Counted from the stretch's first letter, positions 27,961 to 39,331 are shown. The stretch is 64,000 nucleotides of DNA from Laetmonice hystrix (GCA_965235115.1 OZ249436.1:3722001-3786000), one strand, 5' to 3'. Notes: generated by a model from the letters alone, not told the origin. Numbers and translations: made by a program.

Positions 27961-29362
27961 CTCTGAATGGAGGCAGGGAAAGACAAACGCCCGGCTTTAT
28001 CGGAGCAGTGTCTGCACTCCTCGCTCTCTGCCCTCTACTAGCATCATTATCTGGCTCCTCCTGTCCGTATTCCACTTACGTTGCGTAAAATCAAAATGCA
28101 AAGCTATGGAGTGCAACAAATAAATAAGATAAGTTGGGCTGTATATTACAGAAGCATTATAGTGCAGCTTCGAGTACTGAGTACTGATGTGCCACTGCGC
28201 TGCTGGCCGGCCTTCTTTCTTTTCACTACCTTCGCCGCGTTCGGGCTAAGCACAGCCTCGTTTCTATGTGGCATTTCCTTTCCAGATGGCATTCTCTTTG
28301 GGGAGTAAGCCTCAGGTGGACGGGGCATGCGCTCTGGGATGATGGCGGGGAGGTAGTGATGGTGAAACTTCAATAACTTTACCTTTGGCCAAAGATATTT
28401 ACCAACAAAACCAGTTACGATCTCAGAGGAAATTATTGCATCAGATTCAAGCATATATATTCTACACAGTGACATCCCTGTCAGATTTGAGACGCATTGG
28501 GAACTCTTGCAAACAAGCTATGATATTAAGGACATGGAATGAAAATGTAACTGATCGAATATGTGGGCAGACAACACCAAGTAACAGTTCACACACCAAG
28601 GAAAATGTTACTACAGGAAAACATACTGTAATCTTGTGAGCGATCTGTCTCAACATTAATAGATTGGATTGCTTCTCTTAATTGTATTAATCACTGGAAT
28701 ACATACCACTTGAGGAACGCGGTGAAGCGGCAACAATTACTATTCACGACCATCTGCTGGGATTCTATGATTGGTACCCTATGATTCGGTGACTGAGTGC
28801 TACTGCACGGCCCCCACTGCATCTGTTTTCATCTGACTGGGGTCAGGGCTGTGTGACAGCTTGGAGTCATAATAATTCATCTTTATTGCTGTGAAACCAA
28901 GGAAACATCCTTCATAATCATATCAGTTTATGAAATCTGAAAACAAAGAGTCGGGTGTCATCCTGTGTCTGTGACCCTTCCAAGTTCAAGGCTTCACTCA
29001 GAATTGCAGAGTTGAATACACAAAGTTTCAAGCTGCATTTAAATTAAATAAAATAGGCCTAGCTTACTAGCCTCATCTCACACAGGGCTGACACATTAGC
29101 CCTAATACTCGTTGGGAGCGTTGTATTCTCCAGGATATTGTTTACGTACCATACTACAAAGACAGAGTCTGAGACTTGAGTCAAAAGTGACAGTTTATTC
29201 ATTGAGAAATCGTATACGTGATTTCCGTAAACTGGAGTTATAATTTTACCATAATAATGATTTATATTTGAGTTTTTTGTTATAGTAGAACTTGCAACCT
29301 TTATTATACATTCACAGATATTTGAAATTAAGAATTATCCCAAGATTTGAGAGACACGCAGC

Positions 29363-29524
29363 ATGGCAACAAGTGAAGAGGAAGGGGCAGTGGGGGGTGA
29401 GCCTCCGCTGCCAGTGGCAAGTTCTGCAATAACTGATGATGAGCCTGGAAATCTATTTGATCCTGAAAATGACAATGATCTGGGCTGTAACGGTGATATA
29501 GAAATGCTCAATATTACGAGTAAG
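29363..29524 (+). CDS. GTPBP1: GTPBP1 coding exon 1 (acidic N-terminus ending NITSK)
   Basis: ATG in agcATGg context; donor AAG|gtaagc, phase 0, in frame with the next exon. Less conserved, so the start is less certain. Confidence 0.75.
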
Positions 29525-32500
29525 GTAAGCCTTTTTAAAAAATGGTGAGAAAGGTACAGATTACAGAAGTTTTCAAATAATAATTTGATTGTTGCTATAT
29601 AGATGGCGCCCGCCATGATAACTTTAAAGGCCCTACCCTACGCCTATGGATATGAATCTTGTAGCTCCTAACTCTATTTCCCAGAAAATCACTGATGGCG
29701 CTTGTGTTGTTTTCAAAAGACAGTGTCTGACACAGTAATCCCTATAATGATTGATAGTAGATTATAAAATCTGATCCTATCCATTTATTGCTGTGTTGTT
29801 TTTCAGATGGCATTAGTAAGTCCAAGCCACGAAGAGTATGACTACCTGCTGGATCGGTTACGTGAGCGCATTGTTGAAAACCAAGGAGAGACCATCTTTG
29901 AAGTGGGAACAGGTGGTAAGTTTCCTTCAAAGCAGTCAACTGAAGTAATTAACAACAAGTAATTCTTTAAATAAGTTGATATTGAATAAGATTACCATAC
30001 ATAGAGATGATGATCAGTGACAACTGACTTGTTGGTTTAAGCTTTGTCCGTGTCAGCCTGGAGTCGTAAGCCAGTTAAGGAGCTTTCATTTAGTGGAGCT
30101 ACTCGAGCCAAACTTTAACACCTGACTTCAAAGTGTAACCGTGCCAAACTATAACCGACTATAACTAATTGTTACCGTTGCCATCAGAGGGTGATTCCCC
30201 AGGACTGAAGGAGGAGGACATGGAAGCGTCTGTTGCAACATTACAATCCATGGCTGAAACTCTGGATGCTGAATGTGTCGTGTTGAGGCAGCGGAGTGTC
30301 GAGGGAGGACAGATACGTGAATACCTTGTACGGAAACGAACAGATGCCCAGGACTTCATGGAAGTCAGGTCAGCATCTGTTACGCATCTGTTACACATCT
30401 GTTACACATCTGTTACGCATCTGTTACGCATCTGTTACACATCTGTTACACATCTGTTACGCATCTGACGACAGCAAATTTTCCTTCTCACCTCGGCTAA
30501 AATAAAATAACCTTTGTATAATTGTTTGTGGCATGTGATTACTTGTTGCAGGGTGGCAGTGGTTGGTAACGTAGATGCAGGCAAGTCCACTCTACTCGGG
30601 GTGCTAACCCATGGAGAGCTGGACAATGGGCGCGGGATGGCCAGACAGAGACTGTTTCGTCACAAACATGAGATGGAGAGTGGAAGGACAAGTTCTGTTG
30701 GCAATGACATCCTCGGGTTTGATTGTCAGGGCCAGGTCGTAAACAGACCTGATCATGGCAACCTTGACTGGACCAAGATTTGTGAACAGTCAACCAAAGT
30801 TGTGACGTTCATTGATCTGGCTGGGCATGAAAAATATCTAAAAACAACGGTGTTTGGTATGACAGGCCATGCCCCAGATTTTACCATGTTGATGGTGAGA
30901 GATTTTGTCAACAATATCATATGTTTAGTTGTTTAACAAGTCAATTTTAATCAGTTGTTTTAATCTATATTTGATCTTACGATGAGGGACATTGTTGGGA
31001 AGGTTCTGCTATGTACAGCAGATATTAGACAAGTTCCTTTATGACTTGAGTGATGGATATTACGTATGCTCTGAATGTCACATCTTACTGGTATTTTTAA
31101 AGAAATGCAGAGACCCTGTTAGCAAAAGACATTTCTTATGCACATGTTATTACTTTGATGCCAAGTGAAGTACATGTCTGTGCAGGTTGGAGCCAATGCT
31201 GGAGTGGTTGGAATGGCCAAAGAACACCTTGGACTGGCGCTGGCACTCAACGTTCCTGTCTTTGTTGTGGTGACTAAGATTGACATGTGTCCTCCTAACG
31301 TCCTACAGGAGACCTTGAAGATGCTCCAGCGCATCCTTAAGTCTCCTGGCTGCCGCAAGATTCCAGTCTTGGTTCAGAGTAACGATGATGTTGTTGTCTC
31401 TGCAACTAATTTCACGTCTGAGAGGTGAGTGCAATTCTAAGAGAATGATCAGAAAGTGATTTTCTTCAAAGCTATGTTTTATGTCACAGTATCGTGGCTT
31501 CCTTGTAAGAGTGATAAATTAAATAGATGCCAGACTTCAGCATGAAAAAGTTTTAATTTCTAAGACCAACGTATTACTGGTATCTGGGTATTTCACATGC
31601 TTCCTTTGTTTTAACAGAGACATCCAAGCTGGTGTTTGATATTTCTATGTGTAACATTTGTGATTTTCTCTGCAGGATGTGTCCAATCTTCCAGGTATCC
31701 AATGTCTCTGGCGAGAATCTGAGCTTACTCAAGATGTTCCTCAATCTCCTGTCCACACGCCTCATTTTCAAGGAAGATGAGCCCGCAGAGTTCCAGATTG
31801 ATGACACCTTCTCTGTTCCTGTGAGTAGATTTTCATTTTGCCCATGTGTGTTTGGTTCCCAAGGAAATATATGAGTATTATAGTATTATGGTATCATATG
31901 AGTAAGACTAAAGTGCAGGCACGACAGTGTTGTGATTTCAATTTTTCAATCAAATTTATGGTCAACGAGACCGATGCAAATCCATTGAGATCTCAAAATG
32001 CATTGTGGGGGGAGCGTAAAACTTGTCTGACTTACAACTTGACGGCAAACTAGACATCCTCCACGTCCCCAAGAATGTTCAGATTTTGTTCCAGTCGTCA
32101 CTCTCACCTGAAAGTGCTGTGATTGTATATATTTCAGGGTGTGGGAACAGTTGTATCTGGGACGACCCTGAAAGTGCTGTGATTGTGTATATTTCAGGGT
32201 GTGGGAACAGTTGTATCTGGGACGACCCTGAAAGTGCTGTGATTGTGTATATTTCAGGGTGTGGGAACAGTTGTATCTGGGACGACCCTGAAAGTGCTGT
32301 GATTGTGTATATTTCAGGGTGTGGGAACAGTTGTATCTGGGACGACCCTGAAAGGTGTGATACGGCTCAATGATACCATGCTGCTGGGTCCTGATGCCCT
32401 CGGACAGTTTGCTCACATTGCTGTTAAAAGCATACATCGAAAACGTATGCCTGTCAAAGAAGTACGGGGAGGACAGACCGCTTCTTTTGCTTTGAAAAAG

Positions 32501-35187
32501 GTTTGTAATTAGAGCAAATATGTAACGTTATCCATCCCTTATACTGGAAGACATAATACTTGAAATTGGAAATACTTTTTTTTAAATGTTAGTCTTATTG
32601 AGTTAACTATTCGTAACTGCTGCCAGTTTCAGCCCGCGTAGTGTCGTCATTGAAACCAAGAATTGTCCTATGCTGTGCTGTGGAAGGATATAAAACCGAG
32701 GGCCTGAAAAGTATTGTTCTTTCCTTGCAGCAAATCAAACGTTCACAGATTAGAAAAGGTATGGTGATGGTGTCTCCACGGCTGGAACCAAAGGCATGCT
32801 GGGAGTTCGAGGGAGAAATCCTTGTTCTTCATCATCCTACCACAATAAGCTGCAAATACCAGGCCATGGGTGAGTACCAGGCCATGGGTGAGTGTACCAG
32901 GCCATGGGTGAGTGTACCAGGCCATGGGTGAGTGTACCAGGCCATGGGTGAGTGTACCAGGCCATGGGTGAGTGTACCAGGCCATGGGTGAGTGTACCAG
33001 GCCATGGGTGAGTGTACCGGGCCATGGGTGAGTGTACCGGGCCATGGGTGAGTGTACCGGGCCATGGGTGAGTGTACCGGGCCATGGGTGAGTGTACCGG
33101 GCCGTGGGTGAGTGTACCGGGCCGTGGGTGAGTGTACCAGGCCGTGGGTGAGTGTACCAGGCCGTGGGTGAGTGTACCAGGTCGTGGGTGAGTGTACCAG
33201 GCCGTGGGTGAGTGTACCAGGCCGTGGGTGAGTGTACCAGGCCGTGGGTGAGTGTACCAGGCCATGGGTGAGTGTACCAGGTCGTGGGTGAGTGTACCAG
33301 GCCGTGGGTGAGTACCAGGCCATGGGTGAGTACCAGGCCATGGGTGAGTGTACCAGGTCGTGGGTGAGTGTACCAGGCCATGGGTGAGTACCAGGCCATG
33401 GGTGAGTACCAGGCCATGGGTGAGTGTACCAGGCCATGGGTGAGTACCAGGTCGTGGGTGAGTGTACTAGGCCGTGGGTGAGTGTACCGGGCCATGGGTG
33501 AGTACCAGGCCATGGGTGAGTGTACCAGGCCATGGGTGAGTACCAGGCCATGGGTAAGTGTACCAGGTCGTGAGTGAGTGTACCAGGCCATGGGTGAGTG
33601 TACCAGGCCATGGGTGAGTACCAGGCCATGGGTGAGTGTACCAGGCCATGGGTGAGTGTACCAGGCCATGGGTGAGTGTACCAGGCCGTGGGTGACTACC
33701 AGGCCATGGGTGAGTACCAGGCCATGGGTGAGTGTACCAGGCCATGGGTGAGTGTACCAGGCCATGGGTGAGTGTACCAGGTCGTGCGTGAGTGTACCAG
33801 GTCGTGGGTGAGTGTACCGGGCCGTGGGTGAGTGTACCAGGCCATGGGTGAGTGCACGGGGCCGCGGGTGAGTGCACGGGGCCGCGGGTGAGTGCACGGG
33901 GCCGCGGGTGAGTGTACCAGGCCATGGGTGAGTGTACCAGGCCATGGGTGAGTGTACCAGGCCGTGGGTGAGTGTACCAGGCCATGGGTGAGTGTACCTG
34001 GCCGTGGGTGAGTGTACCAGGCCATGGGTGAGTGTACCAGGCCGTGGGTGAGTGTACCGGGCCATGGGTGAGTGTACCGGGCCATGGGTGAGTGTACCGG
34101 GCCATGGGTGAGTGTACCAGGCCGCGGGTGAGTGCATGGGGCCAGGGGTTTGTGCACCGGGCCGCGGGTGAGAGTACCGGGCCGCAGGTGAGTGTACCGG
34201 GCCGCGGGTGAGTGCACGGGGCCGCGGGTGAGTGCACGGGGCCGCGGGTGAGTGCACGGGGCCGCGGGTGAGTGTACCAGGCCATGGGTGAGTGTACCAG
34301 GCCGTGGGTGAGCATACCAGGCCGTGGGTGAGCGTACCAGGCCGTGGGTGAGCGTACCAGGCCGTGGGTGAGCGTACCAGGCCGTGGGTGAGCGTACCAG
34401 GCCGTGGGTGAGCGTACCAGGCCGTGGGTGAGTGTACCAGGCCGTGGGTGAGTGTTACTCCACCATAAGACACCAGGTGGCGTGGTGGGGGAAAACATCA
34501 ACACCTGTTGTAAATGTGCTCCACTAGGTGGCGCACCACGGGGACCCCAGGCACCGTAACAAAGGGGACATGTATCGGCCTGGAAAGTGTTACGTTAATA
34601 ACAGTACGGTTAATGAGAAATTCTAGAATTCAAGTGGTTTAATGTTGTTGTCATGTCAGGAATTCAAGAAAGCTCTTGCTGTGTTTGGATTTAATACGTA
34701 AGTATTATATATGAAATTCTAATGCAGCCAAACACACTAATATGAGTATATTATTGTTGCATTATTTTTATATGTCGTGAATACCTTTTTGATTTCAGTG
34801 CATGTAGGAAGTGTGAGGCAGACAGCATCCATCCTCTCCATGTCACAAGAACACCTCAGAACTGGCGACAAAGCCCAGGTCCGATTCCGCTTCATTAAAA
34901 ACCCTGAGTACCTCCGCACGGACATGCGCATGGTCTTCCGTGAAGGTCGCACAAAAGCTGTTGGAAACATTAGCAGATTATTTCCACACGTCAGTGCAAC
35001 TGCCCAGAACACCAGGCAGCAGAGGGCAGCAAAAAAGGCAGCAGAATCACACCATCAGTTGAAACCACAAAATGAGCCGCAGAAACCAAGTAAAAAGAAC
35101 CGGAGAAGTCGAGGCCGGGGGTATAATCCAACAGACGAGGCGCCGGGGAAAGAAAACAAGGAAATAGCCACAACATCTACAACTTGA
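29363..35187 (+). CDS. GTPBP1: GTP-binding protein 1 (translational GTPase, eEF1A/SelB-related); 9 coding exons, 1890 nt, 629 aa
   Basis: Exons 29363-29524, 29807-29915, 30188-30368, 30552-30894, 31186-31424, 31676-31820, 32318-32500, 32731-32869, 34799-35187 join via GT..AG introns with consistent phases. G1 GNVDAGKS, G3 DLAG, G4 [35 protein letters not shown] matches GTPBP1 rather than GTPBP2 as I recall the family. Confidence 0.95.
29807..29915 (+). CDS. GTPBP1: GTPBP1 coding exon 2 ([19 protein letters not shown])
   Basis: Acceptor ttttcag|, donor |gtaag, phase 0 to 1. Too short for the ORF track; translated by hand. Confidence 0.88.
30188..30368 (+). CDS. GTPBP1: GTPBP1 coding exon 3 (..[15 protein letters not shown])
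   Basis: Acceptor catcag|, donor |gtcagc, phase 1 to 2. Confidence 0.9.
30373..30466. repeat. 11-bp minisatellite in GTPBP1 intron 3
   Basis: CATCTGTTAC(A/G) x ~8.5, starting just after the donor. Confidence 0.9.
30552..30894 (+). CDS. GTPBP1: GTPBP1 coding exon 4 (P-loop, switch regions)
   Basis: [27 protein letters not shown]; ttgcag| and |gtgaga. Confidence 0.96.
31186..31424 (+). CDS. GTPBP1: GTPBP1 coding exon 5 (TKID motif)
   Basis: [15 protein letters not shown]..; tgcag| and |gtgagt. Confidence 0.95.
31676..31820 (+). CDS. GTPBP1: GTPBP1 coding exon 6
   Basis: [26 protein letters not shown]; tgcag| and |gtgagt. Confidence 0.95.
32107..32353. repeat. 60-bp tandem repeat spanning the intron 6 / exon 7 acceptor
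   Basis: Four near-identical units, each with atttcag|GGTGTGGGAAC. Confidence 0.95.
32318..32500 (+). CDS. GTPBP1: GTPBP1 coding exon 7 (domain II)
   Basis: [25 protein letters not shown]; uses the last of four duplicated acceptors. Confidence 0.93.
32731..32869 (+). CDS. GTPBP1: GTPBP1 coding exon 8
   Basis: [24 protein letters not shown]; ttgcag| and the first G|gtgagt donor, phase 1. Confidence 0.92.
32857..34454. repeat. 18/20-bp minisatellite built from the exon 8 donor site (~80 units)
   Basis: TACCAGGCCATGG|GTGAG(TG) repeated. Confidence 0.96.
34799..35187 (+). CDS. GTPBP1: GTPBP1 last coding exon (domain III and basic tail)
   Basis: tttcag| then (V)[26 protein letters not shown]; stop TGA. 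Confidence 0.93.
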
Positions 35188-35626
35188 TGACATTCTGTGG
35201 CTGGTCAAGGTCAAAGACATGACCTTCCCGATGACCTGATATATTGCTGCCATTCAAAAGGCAGCAAACGCTTCATCATCTTGATGTGCCAGCAGTATCA
35301 AACATAGTGTGTGTTCAGTAACTCTATTTACCACTTTTAGTTCCCCCCCCCGCTCCCCCCGCTCCCCCCGCTCCCCACCCTGTATGACCAGTTGCACAGT
35401 GAGCTTATTTGACAGAACAAGTACTGGTTGAAGTGAAGTCAGTGTAAGCATATATGTTGGTTGATGTAGAAGGAAATGGTTTCAGATTGTGCGTGGGTGG
35501 TTGTGGGTGCAAGCAACGAGCTGCAGGATTTGTGGTGGTTGGTGTGAGCATAGAGTCTATATTGAACTCTATATAGACTCTATGGTGTGAGATAATTTTT
35601 TAAATCAATGCAGGAAAAGAAGTGTG

Positions 35627-36472
35627 AGACAGACAGACAAGCTCCTACACAGCTGGTGGGCCCTCATGCCTGTTACTCCAGGTGACAGACAGACAAGCTC
35701 CTACACAGCTGGTGGGCCCTCATGCCTGTTACCCCGGGTGACAGACAGACAAGCTCCTACACAGCTCGTGGGCCTTCATGCCTGTTACCCCGGGTGACAG
35801 AGAGACAAGCTCCTACACAGCTGGTGGGCCTTCATGCCTGTTACTCCAGGTGACAGACAGACAAGCTCCTACACAGCTGGTGGGCCTTCATGTCTGTTAC
35901 CCCGGGTGACAGACAGACAAGCTCCTACACAGCTGGTGGGCCTTCATGCCTGTTACCCCAGGTGACAGACAGACAAGCTCCTACACAGCTGGTGGGCCTT
36001 CATGCCTGTTACCCCGGGTGACAGAGAGACAAGCTCCTACACAGCTGGTGGGCCTTCATGCCTGTTACCCCGGGTGACAGAGAGACAAGCTCCTACACAG
36101 CTGGTGGGCCTTCATGCCTGTTACTCCAGGTGACAGGGAGACAAGCTCCTACACAGCTAGTGGGCCTTCATGCCTGTTACCCCAGGTGACAGACAGACAA
36201 GCTCCTACACAGCTGGTGGGCCTTCATGCCTGTTACCCCAGGTGACAGGGAGACAAGCTCCTACACAGCTGGTGGGCCCTCATGCCTGTTACCCCGGGTG
36301 ACAGGGAGACAAGCTCCTACACAGCTGGTGGGCCTTCATGCCTGTTACCCCAGGTGACAGGGAGACAAGCTCCTACACAGCTGGTGGGCCCTCATGCCTG
36401 TTACCCCGGGTGACAGGGAGACAAGCTCCTACACAGCTGGTGGGCCTTCATGTCTGTTACTCCAGGTGACAG
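35627..36472. repeat. 56-bp minisatellite (~15 units), probably in the GTPBP1 3' UTR
   Basis: GTGACAGACAGACAAGCTCCTACACAGCTGGTGGGCCTTCATGCCTGTTACCCCGG. Confidence 0.95.
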
Positions 36473-37214
36473 AGTCCATGCTTCACTCAACCATAGCACC
36501 TGTAGGAATGACCAAACCCAAGTTTAACATGATCTGCCTTTGATAACGTTGTTTCCCTGTCAATGACAGTGGCGTAGTTTTGGTCAATACGTAACTAGTG
36601 ATTTCAGTCGGTGTAGTGGAATATGATGAACAGCCAAGAGTGATACGATGTTCAATAGTAAAATGACTAAGTTATATTTGCACTGGGAATTATATTGCTG
36701 GACATAGTTACAATAGATTGCTTGCTACCAGTGAAAACGTACAATAGTCGTTTCCTAGTTCTAATCTTTTTATTGGAGGATTTTATGGAGAAGTTGGATT
36801 TTCTCTAACAAAATGGTCAAAGAGGCGTTCCTCCCCAATGTACTTTGAACGTAACCTTATTCAGTATAGATGACCTCAGCTCAAAGTGATCGGTGTTCAT
36901 CTTTGCTTTGCCCTTGGAAGCTTACGTTTTTAACAACTCCACACACTCGTTTGAAGTGCTCAGATATGCTATATTGCCAAGAGATTCTAAATTACATTCA
37001 GAAGGTGTTTTTATGTCGGTATTTTCCTGTGAAGGATCTACGGAAGGGTTTGTGATAAATATTATGTCAAAGGAGCATGACGAAGAGGTTTGATCAGTTG
37101 CATGGCATGTTGTTTATAACATTACTTTAGGATGACACAGCGTACGGCGTTATCGTAAATTATTAACTTTCTTTTCCAGAAGATGAATCCTATGTTTGTT
37201 ATATTTCCAGTGGA

Positions 37215-37265
37215 AATAAATGAACGTTCAACAGAACATAAACCACATCATATGTGTTGTGTTTC
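37215..37265 (+). terminator. Probable GTPBP1 polyadenylation signal
   Basis: AATAAA at 37215-37220 with a GT-rich tract (tatgtgttgtgtttc) ~30 nt downstream; implies a ~2 kb 3' UTR. Confidence 0.5.
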
Positions 37266-37337
37266 ATGATAAAATGACTAATAATTATGTTTCCTCCACT
37301 AGAGGGCGCCCCTGTATTTAGAACGAACTCGCGGCCA

Positions 37338-38110
37338 TCGACGCCCATGCCCACTTGGCCACCGCCATTTCCTAAAAGAAAAGCTTTTGTGGTCTAACAG
37401 GACAATGGACCCTCGCCGCTACACACATCTTCCGAGATGAGATGGAATCCATGCTTTCCTAGATAGAGCTACACGTGATTTCTATGGAACAACCTGACTG
37501 TATTTTTCTTTTGAAATGCACGGGCATCAGGGGTAACCCAATTACTTTGACAATGACTTTGGAATCGAACCCAGGCCCTAAGATTACTGCACCCATTCGC
37601 ATAGCATAAGGTGTCGACACCCATGCCCACTAGGCCACCGCCACTCCCCTAAAAAAGGAGCTTTGGTGGTCGAGCAGGACAATGGACCCTCCCCCCTACA
37701 CACATCTTTTTGAAATGAGACGGAATCCATATTTTCCTAGTTAGAGCTACACATGATTTCTACCGAACATTGACTGTTAAGGTAATCCTGGCACTGGCGT
37801 AGACTGTATTTTTCTTTTGAAATGCACGGGCATCAGGGGTAACCCAATTACTTTGACAATGTCCCTAAAGAGAAAAGTTGTATAGTCCTCTACAGGAATC
37901 GAACCCAGGCCCTAAGATTACTGCACCCATTCGCATAGCATAAGGTGTCGACACCCATGCCCACTAGGCCACCGCCACTCCCCTAAAAAAGGAGCTTTGG
38001 TGGTCGAGCAGGACAATGGACCCTCCCCCCTACACACATCTTTTTGAAATGAGACGGAATCCATATTTTCCTAGTTAGAGCTACACATGATTTCTACCGA
38101 ACATTGACTT
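37338..38110 (-). repeat. ~334-bp tandem duplication containing tRNA-like A/B boxes
   Basis: On the - strand, TGGCCTAGTGG (37627-37637, 37961-37971) and GGTTCGATTCC (37561-37571, 37895-37905). Confidence 0.7.
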
Positions 38111-38157
38111 CTTTGCTTTTCTTCATCAAGGCCGGTGCTTCATATTTGGCGGGAAAT

Positions 38158-38684
38158 TAGGGATCAGAATATGAAAACTTTATCAGTTTTATACGGTTTG
38201 GGGGAGGGGGAAGGTCTGATTTCACTGAGATGTGTGGAGTCAGGGGGGGGGGGGGTTCAACGTGTATAGGGACGACACCGACGTGACTGTACGAGCGCCG
38301 AAGGCGCGGAGTCTGCAAGCGCCGAAGGCACGAAGTCTTGCTAGGGGGGGGGGGGGGTCCAGGGCATGCCCCCCCTGAAAAATTTTGAATTTCAAGGTGT
38401 AATTTGTTGCAATCCGAAGCATTGTGGAGCACAAAATAAGCTATTCAATGTCCATTGTAACCAAGGGCAAAAGGGCCTCCTCAAATCCAACAGCAACTTT
38501 GGGTATACAATGTAGCATGAAATCATGCCGAGCGTAGCGAGTCAAAAACAATTTTTAGGTGGTTTTTATCTTGCGACTGAAAGAAAAAAAACTTCTAAAT
38601 TATAATGTTTGAACCACCTTAAGTTAAAATGTGTGTATCTGCAAAATTTTAGGGGGGGACCCCCCCCCCCCCGATCCGCCAGTG
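38158..38684. mobile_element. Poly-G MITE related to the elements at 23229-24265
   Basis: Shares gtgactgtacgagcgccgaaggc, ttcaaggtgtaatttg and atgaaatcatgccgagcgtagcgag; ends GATCCGCCAGTG. Confidence 0.75.
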
Positions 38685-38731
38685 GGGGTCGATATTATAC
38701 GGTATCGTGGAGAGAGATAAACTGCAAGTAT

Positions 38732-38769
38732 CGAATCTCTTGAGACAGAGTGTGGCCCTGACAAGGGCC
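38732..38769 (-). terminator. Histone-type 3' stem-loop and HDE-like element, copy 1
   Basis: Sense strand ACAC-GGCCCT TGTC AGGGCC-ACACTCTGTCTC-AAGAGATTCG; hairpin 38754-38769, 30 nt after the stop. Confidence 0.7.
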
Positions 38770-38799
38770 GTGTAGGTTTGTGTGAGAGAATGGTTCTCT

Positions 38800-39120
38800 T
38801 CACTGGTGCTGGTCGCCATCATCCTCGCACACCTCCTCCCAGTCGACCTGAAACTCCTCCATGAGGCGGTCCTCCATATCGTCCAGGAGGTCGGCACGGC
38901 TGTTGGCGTACTCCCAGAACATGTTCCTCACTCCCTCCAGGGTGACCAGACGGAGCCGGTGTTGGTAGCGGAAGGTTCGGCGGTTCTTGCGGAGGGCACG
39001 GTCGTGTTTGGTCCTCATGTCCCTGATACGGTTGTTGAGGAGATTGACTTGCTGACAGGCCCTCTTGAACTTGCGGTCCATCTGGCGCATCTCTGAGATG
39101 AGTCTTTGAACTGGAGCCAT
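38800..39120 (-). CDS. Small intronless helical protein, family copy 1 (106 aa, unknown function)
   Basis: ATG..TGA ORF MAPVQRLISEMRQMDRKF..LEGVRNMFWEYA..DQHQ, conserved across 6 paralogues; TATATAA ~80 nt upstream; 3' hairpin. Confidence 0.85.
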   Translation of the reverse strand: MAPVQRLISEMRQMDRKFKRACQQVNLLNNRIRDMRTKHDRALRKNRRTFRYQHRLRLVTLEGVRNMFWEYANSRADLLDDMEDRLMEEFQVDWEEVCEDDGDQHQ

Positions 39121-39331
39121 GACTGTAGTCAGTTATGGTGGGGGAATGGTTGCAAGGTGAAGGCTGAACGAAGTGTGTTTCCAAGTAATCGTAGTGTCGG
39201 TTATATACGGTGGGAAAGACAGCGTGGAAGTGAGTGTTGATAACAAGAGGCGTTTGTGAGGTGCGCCATGGAGTGCTAACGCTGACCTAGTCACTCAGCT
39301 CTGACACCTGACAAAGGTGTCAGACCGATTG

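Larger units (their letters stand above)
22738..28274. repeat. Large inverted repeat (foldback) with an asymmetrically amplified right arm
   Basis: 22738-23102 plus 24605-24880 is the reverse complement of 27690-28274; symmetry axis ~24880-24908. Confidence 0.85.

Noticed and set aside
31946..32437. 163-aa - strand and 116-aa + strand repeat ORFs
   Set aside because: Translations of the 60-bp acceptor repeat.
32743..34504. Long - strand ORFs (576, 345, 265 aa) with [20 protein letters not shown] repeats
   Set aside because: Antisense translation of the stop-free 20-bp intronic minisatellite; open in several frames at once.
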